From positions 186,001-250,000 of the IMG/VR virus record IMGVR_UViG_3300030419_008158: DNA of 64,000 bases, one strand, 5' to 3'. Under the pieces are notes generated by a model. It was not told where the DNA came from and made no database searches. It worked only from the letters and a program-made list of their open reading frames with translations. The position numbers and the translations under genes are program-made. Of the stretch, positions 36,776-45,894 are shown piece by piece; position 1 is the first letter of the stretch, and every line of letters begins with the position of its first letter.

Positions 36776-37557
36776 CGCCCTGTTATCTCCTTCGCCTGCT
36801 CAAGCGTTTTAATGTTCCAGCCTTCGGGATTTAGATCATACTTTGGGTGCAGACCTTGCATCACTAAGTCCAGCCAATACTCCCACAGCTCACCAGATTT
36901 TTCCTGAAGCTGGTTGCGTGATATACGGATTGGTATCATCTCATCCAGCAAAGTGGCAGCTTTAGCTCTGTGGTGACCGTCTGAAAACATGAGAGATCCA
37001 TCAGCATAAACTCGGACATCCAGGGGTTCCCTTATCCCACCAGCAAAATGTTTTTCAGCCCAGGCGAGTTGCTCTTCCTTGGGCAGCTTGCGAAAGTTTT
37101 GCCAATACCACTCGGTCCGGTACTCACCTGTATCTGTGTCTAAAATCTTGGCGGGTACCATCAACTGTTGGCCGGCTGTTTCAAGAAGCACAGACTCTTG
37201 CATCGTCCATGGGCCAGCCTGACCGCTTTTCAAACAGTTGACCATTGTCTCTTCGGCTGTGTATTCGTTATGAATTTCTGGTTGGAATATGTCGTAATAC
37301 GTTTCTCTGTCAATCCCACCTGGTTTTGTGTCGTGGGTCTGCCAGTCAAATATCATATCACCTTTTTCAACCCAGGCATGAAGATAACTCTCGCCGCTAA
37401 ACTTATCAGTCACCCTACCATGAACAACCTTGAACCTGGTTAGGTCTGAGAATTCTTCTTGAGAAGAACCCTGAGCCATCTTGACAGCATGCGGATAGCA
37501 CTGGCCTATCGCAGTCTCAATCAGCAGACCTCTTATGTACTCGCGGAGCAGGTTCAT
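36772..37557 (-). CDS. leader-family B protein: transglutaminase-like Cys-His-Asp domain plus ParB/Srx-like domain
   Basis: MNLLREYIRGLLIE; GQCY...HAWVE...FD; PLDV...SDGHHRAKAA. Confidence 0.62.
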   Translation of the reverse strand: MNLLREYIRGLLIETAIGQCYPHAVKMAQGSSQEEFSDLTRFKVVHGRVTDKFSGESYLHAWVEKGDMIFDWQTHDTKPGGIDRETYYDIFQPEIHNEYTAEETMVNCLKSGQAGPWTMQESVLLETAGQQLMVPAKILDTDTGEYRTEWYWQNFRKLPKEEQLAWAEKHFAGGIREPLDVRVYADGSLMFSDGHHRAKAATLLDEMIPIRISRNQLQEKSGELWEYWLDLVMQGLHPKYDLNPEGWNIKTLEQAKEITGR

Positions 37558-38774
37558 TAGTCTTCGCCCTTTGATACTGTCGTGTCATTATATTTCTTTT
37601 TCATCCAATTTGACAACGCTTTTGTCACGTCTATCTGAGACAGTCTTGTGTCGTCCGGAAACGATTTTAGGTTGTTGAGATAATCTTTAAAAAATAAATT
37701 CTCAACAGCATCATCGAGAACTCTAGACACATCATCATCAACGTCTAATGCTGCAAGAGCTCCTGTCTCAGCCTCGTCCGGAAGCTTGTACGCATTTTTC
37801 GCAGCCATGGCAAGATTTTTTGCTGTTGCGAAACCTGGAATCATACCCTGGATTTCATCAACGACGATATCGGTTACTGTAGCAGCCAGTCCCTTGGCAC
37901 CCTCCTTACCCTGCTTCTTAAGCTGAGCGTATTTGATCACCGCTCTTAGGTCGCCAACTGTCTTAACATCGTTAATTGACGTCATCTTTTTCTTTTGTTT
38001 TTTCTCTACAAGAATTTTCTGTAACAGCGCTTCCCTTATGTAACTTCTTATGATTGATTCATTCATGTACTTCTTGAGAAGGTCAATAAGCTCCTTGTCT
38101 TTACCCCTTGGTTGTTTACCAAGGTAGGGGACGACTAGTCCTTTTCTATCCCGCGGACCCTTGACCACCTCTGCAGGGCCCTCCTGTGCGTACTCATCTT
38201 CAAATTTTGTTAGGGCTTTCTTGATCTCTTCTTGGGACATCATCTTGATCGCAGCTTCGGGATGATTGGTCGATCTAAGTCCTGAAATGCTAGATGCGCC
38301 GTCCTCATGTTTGTGCGCGCCACGAATACCTTTTTTTTGTTTCGCGCTGTAATAAGAAGAGTCAACCGAGTCCCACAGCTCGTCTTTATCCATGGTCTTG
38401 CCCAAGAATTCTATCTCATCCCCAGCCTCTTCCCACACCTCTTGTGATATGAGAACTTCTGACCCTGTATCAAACCGGTTCACTCCTCCCGATTTTTCGA
38501 TGACCCAGTGCGGAACTTTGTAGGCATACACGTTACCGCTAACACCATGATTCCAGGCGATATCTGTTGGGTTGGGTGTTAGAAACACACCGGATTTAAC
38601 GGGACCCTCTATCCAGTCTCTGGACCAGCCTTCCTCTCCTTTTGCACCCCAGCGCTCGGCCGGTTTTGGTGAAGCGGGGCGTTTGCCGATATGATAAAGT
38701 GTACGCTTGTCCTTCTGGCCTCGAATCGATTTTTCAGATAGAATATCTCTTATATGTTTTCGAATCAAATCCAC
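37557..38774 (-). CDS. leader-family B multidomain protein, possible ART-like N-domain
   Basis: (GTG)DLIRKHIRDILSE; TLYHIG...GVFLT...SEVLI; internal MNESIIRSYIREAL. Confidence 0.6.
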   Translation of the reverse strand: MDLIRKHIRDILSEKSIRGQKDKRTLYHIGKRPASPKPAERWGAKGEEGWSRDWIEGPVKSGVFLTPNPTDIAWNHGVSGNVYAYKVPHWVIEKSGGVNRFDTGSEVLISQEVWEEAGDEIEFLGKTMDKDELWDSVDSSYYSAKQKKGIRGAHKHEDGASSISGLRSTNHPEAAIKMMSQEEIKKALTKFEDEYAQEGPAEVVKGPRDRKGLVVPYLGKQPRGKDKELIDLLKKYMNESIIRSYIREALLQKILVEKKQKKKMTSINDVKTVGDLRAVIKYAQLKKQGKEGAKGLAATVTDIVVDEIQGMIPGFATAKNLAMAAKNAYKLPDEAETGALAALDVDDDVSRVLDDAVENLFFKDYLNNLKSFPDDTRLSQIDVTKALSNWMKKKYNDTTVSKGED

Positions 38775-38784
38775 TTTAAAGTTC

Positions 38785-40041
38785 CTAAAAGCATATTTCA
38801 CTACTCATAACATCTTCTAAATAACCAAATGTATTTTCTGGTTTACCGTTCAAATCAAAAGTCATTCCGGAGGTCGCATCAGCAAGAGGCTCCCATCCGC
38901 CGGTTATGTCTTTGCTCATGTTGTCTATGAAAGCGTACAGCTTTATATCATCAATTGATTCGAGCATCATCAATAGCTTTTCCTGTGTTATCGTACTGTT
39001 AGTATTGTATGACTTACCGACTTTTGATGCAGGAATTAGAAAACTTTGTCCAGGCTCATCAGTAAAAACTATGACAATTTTTTTGCTATTCGCTCGCCAG
39101 TCCACATAAAACTCATCAAGAGGCGGATCGGACTCATCTATTACATTGCCCACCCATACAGGCCATAAAAGCTCTTCCCACTGGTATGGCAAAAAAGCAG
39201 ATATATTTCTTAGAGATAAATAAAGTGCGTCATATAACATCTCATACTGCCCTATCATGTCATATGTTGTTACGTCACCTAGCACATCCTGAAATTCCCC
39301 TATTGCTTGCAGGTTACTAGCCAAGTACAGAAAATTATGTTTTCCTGGCGTGTCGCCGGCGTTTTTAGGGCCCACAATAAGTGCCCACTTTACATGACTT
39401 GATTCTTTATACTTTTCAGAGAAAGCACTTGCAAGTGCATAGACAGATTCAATTTCTGGTAACATAGATGCAGACAAATCAAGTATGATCAGTACGTCGA
39501 CGTCTTCTTTTTCACACTCATCGTAAACGCTAATACTTGAGTCTTCTTCAGGGTCAGAAAGTGCGTCTTCAGGTTGCTCTGCTGCGATGTCTTTGACGTC
39601 TTTTTCTTCTCTTTCACCTTGTGTAAAGCTTCCCTTGCAGAGACCCTCTTCTAAGTACCCTTTAACGCAGTATGTTGTATAAAAACCTTCGTTTCCGTCT
39701 TCTGTGACGCAAGGCTTTTCGCCCAAATTATAGTGGTGAGGATCACACTCTAGAAACTCTTTGCACTCACTCATACTCAACACTATCGGCGGGTCCACAC
39801 AGACATCTTTTGTAATCTCAATTCTCATTAGAGGTCCACTAACACCAGGGCAAAAATAATATTCTGTTCTTATACATAGTTTCTCGTATTCTTCTTGAGA
39901 ATCAACTATTATAATTTCGCTGGTGTCGTTGTCATAATTCACATGTGTATGGTAGACAGGGTTTTCCATAAACCATTCCGAACAACTTACGTTGGTAAAA
40001 GACAGCAATATCATCGCAAGAAGTATTAGTGTGTGTTTCAT
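38785..40041 (-). CDS. putative lipoprotein with Cys-rich N-domain and VWA domain
   Basis: Signal/lipobox NVSC; ILDLSAS MIDAS; VFTDE. Confidence 0.72.
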   Translation of the reverse strand: MKHTLILLAMILLSFTNVSCSEWFMENPVYHTHVNYDNDTSEIIIVDSQEEYEKLCIRTEYYFCPGVSGPLMRIEITKDVCVDPPIVLSMSECKEFLECDPHHYNLGEKPCVTEDGNEGFYTTYCVKGYLEEGLCKGSFTQGEREEKDVKDIAAEQPEDALSDPEEDSSISVYDECEKEDVDVLIILDLSASMLPEIESVYALASAFSEKYKESSHVKWALIVGPKNAGDTPGKHNFLYLASNLQAIGEFQDVLGDVTTYDMIGQYEMLYDALYLSLRNISAFLPYQWEELLWPVWVGNVIDESDPPLDEFYVDWRANSKKIVIVFTDEPGQSFLIPASKVGKSYNTNSTITQEKLLMMLESIDDIKLYAFIDNMSKDITGGWEPLADATSGMTFDLNGKPENTFGYLEDVMSSEICF

Positions 40042-40571
40042 GCTTTCACCATCATGGGGCTTTCTTCGTCTTTCAAGAGGATGAGATCGAATTGTGATTC
40101 CTGAGATGCGAATTTATCTTTTCTCTTAATGAAGAGGTATATCGCCGTGATTGGCATAGCGGCACCAGGTTCCATTCTTATTTCGTTTTCGTCCCAGAAC
40201 AGCCGCGGTTCTTGGCCCGCAGTAATTGGATCGTAGCCTTGTCCATCGTCGATAGTAGCCTGAAGGATTACATGAATTGTCTTGCCTCTATTCGAAGCAT
40301 CCCACACATCAGCAAATCTAACAGCAGTATGAAAAGTCTCAGACCACGAAACACCGGTGGATTCATTTTGTAGCTGACCGAGGATTAATCTTGCTCGCTC
40401 GTCGCCGCTGATTTTACCCCTACGGATTGCTGACGCTAATGATGCACTGGGCATTGTAAGCTTCATCCCTCTGTATACGTTTTTCTTGCCCTTTGTGAAG
40501 GATGGTTGTCCGTAAGCTGATGCAATCCTTTCGTTCAATAGAGACCTTATGTATTCGCGGAGAAGTTTCAT
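40038..40571 (-). CDS. leader-family B protein, R-S-E-type ADP-ribosyltransferase-like
   Basis: MKLLREYIRSLLNE; VYRGM, GVSWS....AVRFA, ENEI. Confidence 0.62.
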   Translation of the reverse strand: MKLLREYIRSLLNERIASAYGQPSFTKGKKNVYRGMKLTMPSASLASAIRRGKISGDERARLILGQLQNESTGVSWSETFHTAVRFADVWDASNRGKTIHVILQATIDDGQGYDPITAGQEPRLFWDENEIRMEPGAAMPITAIYLFIKRKDKFASQESQFDLILLKDEESPMMVKA

Positions 40572-40918
40572 TATATCTTACTCAAACTATCCGGCCATTT
40601 TTTCCATGTTCGACTGTCACCGTCAGGCTGAACCATGACGAATTTTCCGCCGCGGCGCACAACAGTCCCCACCTTTAGAGAACCGTTCTTGAGCGTCCAT
40701 TGGACCCGGTCGCCTTTTTTGAATCCGGCCTTTAATTCATTTCGCTTTCGCTTGACTGTGTCAGCCACAGCTGTCCATATGACTCGAAGATCAGCTATTG
40801 GCATCTCTTCCATTTGATCCAAGATAACTTGAACGTTTGGGTTCTGGGCAGGTGGTTCTACGGGAGCATCTGCCGTTTCCTGAATCAATTTTCTTAGTTG
40901 TCTCTTAGTAATTTTCAT
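40571..40918 (-). CDS. leader-family A protein with C-terminal SH3/KOW-like module
   Basis: Start trimmed to MKITKRQLRKLIQE; FKKGDRVQW...GTVV. Confidence 0.75.
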   Translation of the reverse strand: MKITKRQLRKLIQETADAPVEPPAQNPNVQVILDQMEEMPIADLRVIWTAVADTVKRKRNELKAGFKKGDRVQWTLKNGSLKVGTVVRRGGKFVMVQPDGDSRTWKKWPDSLSKI

Positions 40919-41730
40919 ACCCAACCCCTCGATGTGAACTCTTTGTGAGTCATGACTTGAATGTCCAGGCCGGCTTCTTCCGCCAGATCCTCCCATTCTT
41001 CTGCTTCTGTTGTATCGGGAACTTTCGGTTCGGTTCGTTCGGAACCCGGGTGCCACTCCGGAGGCAATCTGGTAAGTGGACCATCAGGTACGATCAACGC
41101 CATAGGTGTCCAGTTATCAACCAGCGCCTCATTGTTCTGTGTGCTTCGAAATCCGCCAAAGCTTGGATCCCAGTCTTCTTCATCCAGGACTAGAATCTTG
41201 TACTCTTCATAAGCTTCTGGGTCGTATGTCGATTGAACGCCCTTGTTGATACCAGACTGCTTCTTCATATCCGGGAATACTTCTTCGTATGCCAGTGTTC
41301 CCCCTGTGTAAAGCTGGTCCATATCATTTGCCAAAAGCGTGATATGGCCTTTGATAAGAATGCCATAGTCTCCGAATTTACCTGCACCCTTGATCTCACC
41401 TGGTAGATAAGCTGAAGCTGATAATTCATCCTTGGAGCTAAATGATCCGTCAAGAAAAGCTTTCATCGTCTGAGGGCTTCGAAACCAGTGAACAGTTACC
41501 AAGCTGTCAAGAAACCCGCGATCAGCACTTTTGGCAAACGCCTTCTTGAGATCTCGCCCCTGTGAACGTGCTTGCTTAACTAGTTCAACATGTTCTTCAT
41601 CGGTAGCGTATACACTGGGGGTTGGATTGTTCTCTTTAGTACCTGCTGCGGCGAGATCTTTAGCTAACTGTTTGCGTTTAGCTGCGTCTTCAATCAGCAG
41701 ACCTCTTATGTATTCTCGGAGGATGTTCAT
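40915..41730 (-). CDS. leader-family B protein, paralog of 32987 C-domain
   Basis: MNILREYIRGLLIE; TVHW, KDELS, IKGHITL, NNEALVDNW. Confidence 0.78.
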   Translation of the reverse strand: MNILREYIRGLLIEDAAKRKQLAKDLAAAGTKENNPTPSVYATDEEHVELVKQARSQGRDLKKAFAKSADRGFLDSLVTVHWFRSPQTMKAFLDGSFSSKDELSASAYLPGEIKGAGKFGDYGILIKGHITLLANDMDQLYTGGTLAYEEVFPDMKKQSGINKGVQSTYDPEAYEEYKILVLDEEDWDPSFGGFRSTQNNEALVDNWTPMALIVPDGPLTRLPPEWHPGSERTEPKVPDTTEAEEWEDLAEEAGLDIQVMTHKEFTSRGWV

Positions 41731-41731
41731 T

Positions 41732-43045
41732 TTATGTCTTATCTCCGACTATAGTATCTATCAGCGCTTTTCTTCTGTCCTTATCAGCCCACGCTTTTTG
41801 CGCGTACGGGTCTAGCGAGTGAAGAGGGTCGAAATACAAAAACTTTTTTCCTGGCTTTACGCTGGGTGCTGTGTATACGCTTATCCCAAAATTCCTGTCG
41901 TATCTCTCAAAAGAATGTACGCAACGCTTTCCACCGCCGCCGGGAGCATCGACAACAAACGTGGGTGTGTTAAATCCAGCAGTAACTCCTCGCACACTCT
42001 TCTCAACATCTATCGCAGTCTGAACTGACGTTCTCATATCCTCAGTACCAGCTGTTAGGTCATGAATGTAGACATAGTAAGGCTGGATGTTAATGTAGCT
42101 TAGCTTTTTCACCAATGATATCATGCTGTCGGCAGAGTCGTTCACGTGATTCTGAAATACAGACTGATTTCTGACTTTTACTCCCCTCGAAAATAAAACG
42201 TTCATGGCGTCTTGTGTGATACCCGTAATTTCATTTGAGTGATTGAAATGCGTATGAATACATACCTCTTTGTACTGTTTTCTTGCCTTGCTAGTTATCC
42301 TACACACAGCATCTGTCCACGCTGCGTCTGTCAAGATCTTCATCGGCATAATCGCAAGACCCTTCGTAGCAAATCGGAACCGCCTAATGTGATCAATCTT
42401 TAGAAGCTCTTCACCTAAGTCTTTTACCTGAGAGGCTTTTAAGCGATAAGAATCTCCTCCGGATATCACTACATCCTGAATTTGCTTGTTTTCGCGGAGG
42501 TACTTGAACATATCATTCCACCGATCTCGAGAGGCTTTAATAGATACTTTCTCCGCTGTGTCTGTGTCTCCCCCGACGGCGTATGCCCGAGTGCAGTATC
42601 GACAGTATACAGGGCACGTGTCTAGCGCAAGAAATAGCACCTTATCTTCGTATCGATGAGTCAGACCTTTTACAGGAGAGTCTGCCTGTTCACCCAAGCT
42701 ATCGAAACGTAACATAGGATGATCAGGTTGAAGATGTGAAGCAAGCGTCAGGAATTGTCTTCTGATGGGACAATTGTCAGGATTGTTCCAATTCATCAAC
42801 GAAAGAAGATAAGGCGTAATACGTGTCGTCATCGGTGCTCTTCTAAAACCTTCTTTAGCGTCTTCTAGAAACTTTTTATCCACAAGATCCTGAATTGTAT
42901 TTAGAAGCTTCCTGTGATTTGTAATTGCATTCTTTTCTTGCCACTTATGATCAACAAAAGTGTCATAGTCGATATCCCGCCATGCAGGAATAGCTCTCCA
43001 AAACTCATCGCCTCTGAATTCTGTGCTGTCTGAAAAGACGTTCAT
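41732..43045 (-). CDS. kamA: KamA-family radical SAM / PLP aminomutase (lysine 2,3-aminomutase-like)
   Basis: GLTHRY, CPVYCRYCTR, ISGGD, NQSV, QPYY, DAPGGGGK. Confidence 0.88.
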   Translation of the reverse strand: MNVFSDSTEFRGDEFWRAIPAWRDIDYDTFVDHKWQEKNAITNHRKLLNTIQDLVDKKFLEDAKEGFRRAPMTTRITPYLLSLMNWNNPDNCPIRRQFLTLASHLQPDHPMLRFDSLGEQADSPVKGLTHRYEDKVLFLALDTCPVYCRYCTRAYAVGGDTDTAEKVSIKASRDRWNDMFKYLRENKQIQDVVISGGDSYRLKASQVKDLGEELLKIDHIRRFRFATKGLAIMPMKILTDAAWTDAVCRITSKARKQYKEVCIHTHFNHSNEITGITQDAMNVLFSRGVKVRNQSVFQNHVNDSADSMISLVKKLSYINIQPYYVYIHDLTAGTEDMRTSVQTAIDVEKSVRGVTAGFNTPTFVVDAPGGGGKRCVHSFERYDRNFGISVYTAPSVKPGKKFLYFDPLHSLDPYAQKAWADKDRRKALIDTIVGDKT

Positions 43046-43770
43046 GCAAAACCTCCAGCGTTAGGATATCTTATCTTTGCATATTTTCTATACTCACTTC
43101 TTATTTTAAGCATAAAGGGATGTAGACTCTCTTCAGAATAACCGTTCGCTTTTCCCGTTTCAAAAATTCTGTACAGCTCATAATCTATCACATCACTCAA
43201 AGGCACCTTGTTGGATTTTGCTCTCTTCATAAACCCAGCAATGTGTGCCTTTACTTCGGCGGGACAAAGATAGTATTCAGCAGCATTTGAAAGTGACTTC
43301 CAAATCACATCAGCTGTGGGTGTCTTTTCTTGACAATCCATAAGTTCCCACGTCTCTTGCCCTGAGTGCTCTAGTTCATGTCTAATAACATCAACTAGCT
43401 CGTCATTAATGTTACTAAGAACTTGATCCGGATAATCTCGAGGCAAAACAAGATTCACACGTAAATCTGACGTCGATCTTTGGGACTGTGATGCTCCTAA
43501 ATCATACTCATAAGCAGCATCTGCGTTGACAGATTGTCCCTCTGTTACATGGATAATCACATCCCTAAGATAATCTATTTCTGTAATTTCCGGTACATTC
43601 TGCAGCCTAAAATAGGCTTCTCCAGTTTGTCTAAAATGCTCTCGAACATCTTCATCTTTTAGAGCACTTAGAACATGGCGCTTTATTATTGTCGTATATC
43701 TATCAAGCTTGCGACCGGTAATCACAGCCTCAAACAGCAAAGAGCTTATATAGTCACGGAGAAGCTTCAT
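43042..43770 (-). CDS. leader-family B protein with zincin-like HExxH motif
   Basis: MKLLRDYISSLLFE; RHELEH; YY..PAEVKA. Confidence 0.65.
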   Translation of the reverse strand: MKLLRDYISSLLFEAVITGRKLDRYTTIIKRHVLSALKDEDVREHFRQTGEAYFRLQNVPEITEIDYLRDVIIHVTEGQSVNADAAYEYDLGASQSQRSTSDLRVNLVLPRDYPDQVLSNINDELVDVIRHELEHSGQETWELMDCQEKTPTADVIWKSLSNAAEYYLCPAEVKAHIAGFMKRAKSNKVPLSDVIDYELYRIFETGKANGYSEESLHPFMLKIRSEYRKYAKIRYPNAGGFA

Positions 43771-44105
43771 GCACTGCCCCACTTTTTTGCAAGTCCTTCT
43801 GATATCAGGAATGCTCTTATATCAACATCGTCCATAACATATACAGTCGCCAACCAACGTCCGTACTTGCCCTTTCCGTGTGTCTCAATTGTTACTTCTT
43901 TACCTAGGCAGAGCTCTCTAACTCTGTCACGGGCTTTTATCGCCAAAGCTTTTTCTTCGAGGTCTTTCGTTCGAATCTCAGGTGTATCAATTCCTATGAG
44001 CCTAAGTTTTATTTTTTTGGCCCACATCTTAAAGCCCAAGTCAACTTCAGCTGTAAGCGTATCACCATCATAAACCTTTGTTATGATTGCTCTATATACA
44101 TACAT
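43767..44105 (-). CDS. thermonuclease (SNase-like) family protein
   Basis: VYDGDT, RLIGIDTPE, GKYGRWLA. Confidence 0.9.
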   Translation of the reverse strand: MYVYRAIITKVYDGDTLTAEVDLGFKMWAKKIKLRLIGIDTPEIRTKDLEEKALAIKARDRVRELCLGKEVTIETHGKGKYGRWLATVYVMDDVDIRAFLISEGLAKKWGSA

Positions 44106-44141
44106 CAGACTTCTCGCATAATGAAATTGATTTCATAGTGC

Positions 44142-44148
44142 TAAATAT
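44142..44148 (-). promoter_or_regulatory. ATAYTTA motif (putative late promoter)
   Basis: ATATTTA at head of the leader-family B operon. Confidence 0.55.
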
Positions 44149-44160
44149 CTTGCAAAAGAC

Positions 44161-44196
44161 AAAAAAAAGGGCAGGTTGAAAGTTTTCAACCTGCCC
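44161..44196 (-). terminator. intrinsic terminator
   Basis: GGGCAGGTTGAAA/TTTCAACCTGCCC stem followed by T8. Confidence 0.8.
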
Positions 44197-44216
44197 AAAA
44201 CAAGAAATTTGTCTTG

Positions 44217-44462
44217 CTACTGCTCAGTTGCTTCTTCTGCTGTTTCAACAGCATCGCCAGCTTGAGCACCCCCGTCAGAAGAAGGGGAGGCATCGTCTTC
44301 TACAGTCTGTGTTGTATCTTCTGTAGATTGTGTATCCACAACATCTTCTACAACTTCAACAGCTGTGCTTGAAGACGCATCAGCATCAACCTTATCATCA
44401 CAACCTGTGTTTACAAACAGAAATAAAAGCGCTACCAAGGAAACGGTAAGAATGTTCTTCAT
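44217..44462 (-). CDS. small acidic lipoprotein
   Basis: Signal peptide with NTGC lipobox; D/E/T-rich. Confidence 0.7.
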   Translation of the reverse strand: MKNILTVSLVALLFLFVNTGCDDKVDADASSSTAVEVVEDVVDTQSTEDTTQTVEDDASPSSDGGAQAGDAVETAEEATEQ

Positions 44463-44525
44463 GATTTCTCCTTTTTTTACCGAGGCTATAGTTTAGGAAA
44501 ATCATGAAGAATGTTCACTACTTTT

Positions 44526-45614
44526 TTATTTTTTTAATCCACCTAAAACTGTAACTGCAATTAGGCCTGGCAGATTCTTTTGAACGTAGACACCTGAAAA
44601 CAGTGTGTCTGCACGGCCACCCACGTAAGAGAAGGCTGACTCAAGTCTATTGCTTACACCGGGATCTTCTGCCATTTCGCTGGTTACGACGAGTAAAAGA
44701 ACACCTGACTTGGCATTTCCTGACGGTCCTGGACACGGAGAAGATCGCAAACACCCTTGATATACTGTTGAACCCAAGTCTGCTCTAGTAACGTCTCTCA
44801 CAACAGTACTTCCAAGCAAGATTCTCCCGTCTTGGTGAAGACATTTTTCCAAATCTTTTGAGTCAAAACTCTGGATTGGGGAGCTGTCATTTGCCATTTT
44901 TAGTACAACACCTAAAAGCTTGGCAAAATTCTTGTTGGCAGCCGGATACATGTTGAGCATCCCAACTTTTCCTCGAAGAAGTTGCAACTGCTTCTCATTG
45001 TCAATTACAACATGTGGGTGATCAGAAACATCAGACAAAAGAAGCTTGTAGTTGTTACTAATTGTTGGGTTGAGCATTTCTTGAGCTGTCGGTTTGCTTA
45101 TTACATAAATGACCTTTCCGACTGCTTCTATGGAGCTTAGATAACGAGTTGCAGAATTATGAAGAACGTGACACGCTGAGCCGGTTCCACCACCGCCGCC
45201 TGCCAAGACGAAAATCCAGTCAACCTTTCCAATTCTCGTTCTAAGCGCGTCTTCGTAAAGGGCGCTATTTTCACCAAGCACCTTCTTGCCGACAACAACG
45301 TCTTTTCCGACACCATCGGCGCCTGGTATTAAAAGAAAATGTGCAGGATCAACGCCGTCCGGCTGGTCTTTTACCGTGGTGTTGACAAGAAGTGTTTTGC
45401 TGAACCCTACATCTAAAAATGCTTTTGCCAGTTTTCCTCCACCCCCACCAACTCCAATAAATGCGCAGTTAATTGCACTGGGCGCTGTATTGTCAGGTAA
45501 AAGTCTTTCATCACCTTGGGCAGGTGCATCATCATATGCTTCAACAAAACCAAAGTCAAAGTCTGTATTGTTGATGTAGTTTTCGTTAATTTCGTTCTCG
45601 TTTTCTGTACTCAT
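44526..45614 (-). CDS. tubulin/FtsZ-superfamily GTPase
   Basis: IGVGGGGGK, VNT, GADGVGKD, GGGGGTGS signature, IDNE, D..DL. Confidence 0.88.
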   Translation of the reverse strand: MSTENENEINENYINNTDFDFGFVEAYDDAPAQGDERLLPDNTAPSAINCAFIGVGGGGGKLAKAFLDVGFSKTLLVNTTVKDQPDGVDPAHFLLIPGADGVGKDVVVGKKVLGENSALYEDALRTRIGKVDWIFVLAGGGGGTGSACHVLHNSATRYLSSIEAVGKVIYVISKPTAQEMLNPTISNNYKLLLSDVSDHPHVVIDNEKQLQLLRGKVGMLNMYPAANKNFAKLLGVVLKMANDSSPIQSFDSKDLEKCLHQDGRILLGSTVVRDVTRADLGSTVYQGCLRSSPCPGPSGNAKSGVLLLVVTSEMAEDPGVSNRLESAFSYVGGRADTLFSGVYVQKNLPGLIAVTVLGGLKK

Positions 45615-45645
45615 GTCAACCTCTCTTTGTAGGACAAGTTAATTG

Positions 45646-45652
45646 TAAATAT
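45646..45652 (-). promoter_or_regulatory. ATAYTTA motif (putative late promoter)
   Basis: ATATTTA upstream of tubulin-like gene. Confidence 0.5.
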
Positions 45653-45678
45653 CTAAGAGTTGAAGTTTTGCTTCGATA

Positions 45679-45882
45679 TCACTCTGTGCTTCTAACTCTG
45701 CTTGGGAAAAGTGTCACATTAATGGACACATCCAGCATATGTTTGTCTGCCTTCACACGAACTATTTTATGAGTGTGTGTCCCAATTGTACTGGTCATAA
45801 TTTCAAGAACAGTGCCTGTATGCTCTCTTCCCATATAGTCAAAATTCACTCTATCACCGACTTTTACTGTTTTTTCAATCAT
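45679..45882 (-). CDS. GDLV-family small protein
   Basis: MIEKTVKVGDRV...GTVL. Confidence 0.65.
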   Translation of the reverse strand: MIEKTVKVGDRVNFDYMGREHTGTVLEIMTSTIGTHTHKIVRVKADKHMLDVSINVTLFPSRVRSTE

Positions 45883-45894
45883 GCTCAAAAAATA

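Noticed and set aside
44526-45614. Nucleus-forming (PhuZ/chimallin) phage
   Set aside because: A tubulin homolog alone is insufficient; no chimallin or phage multisubunit RNAP is recognisable in the window
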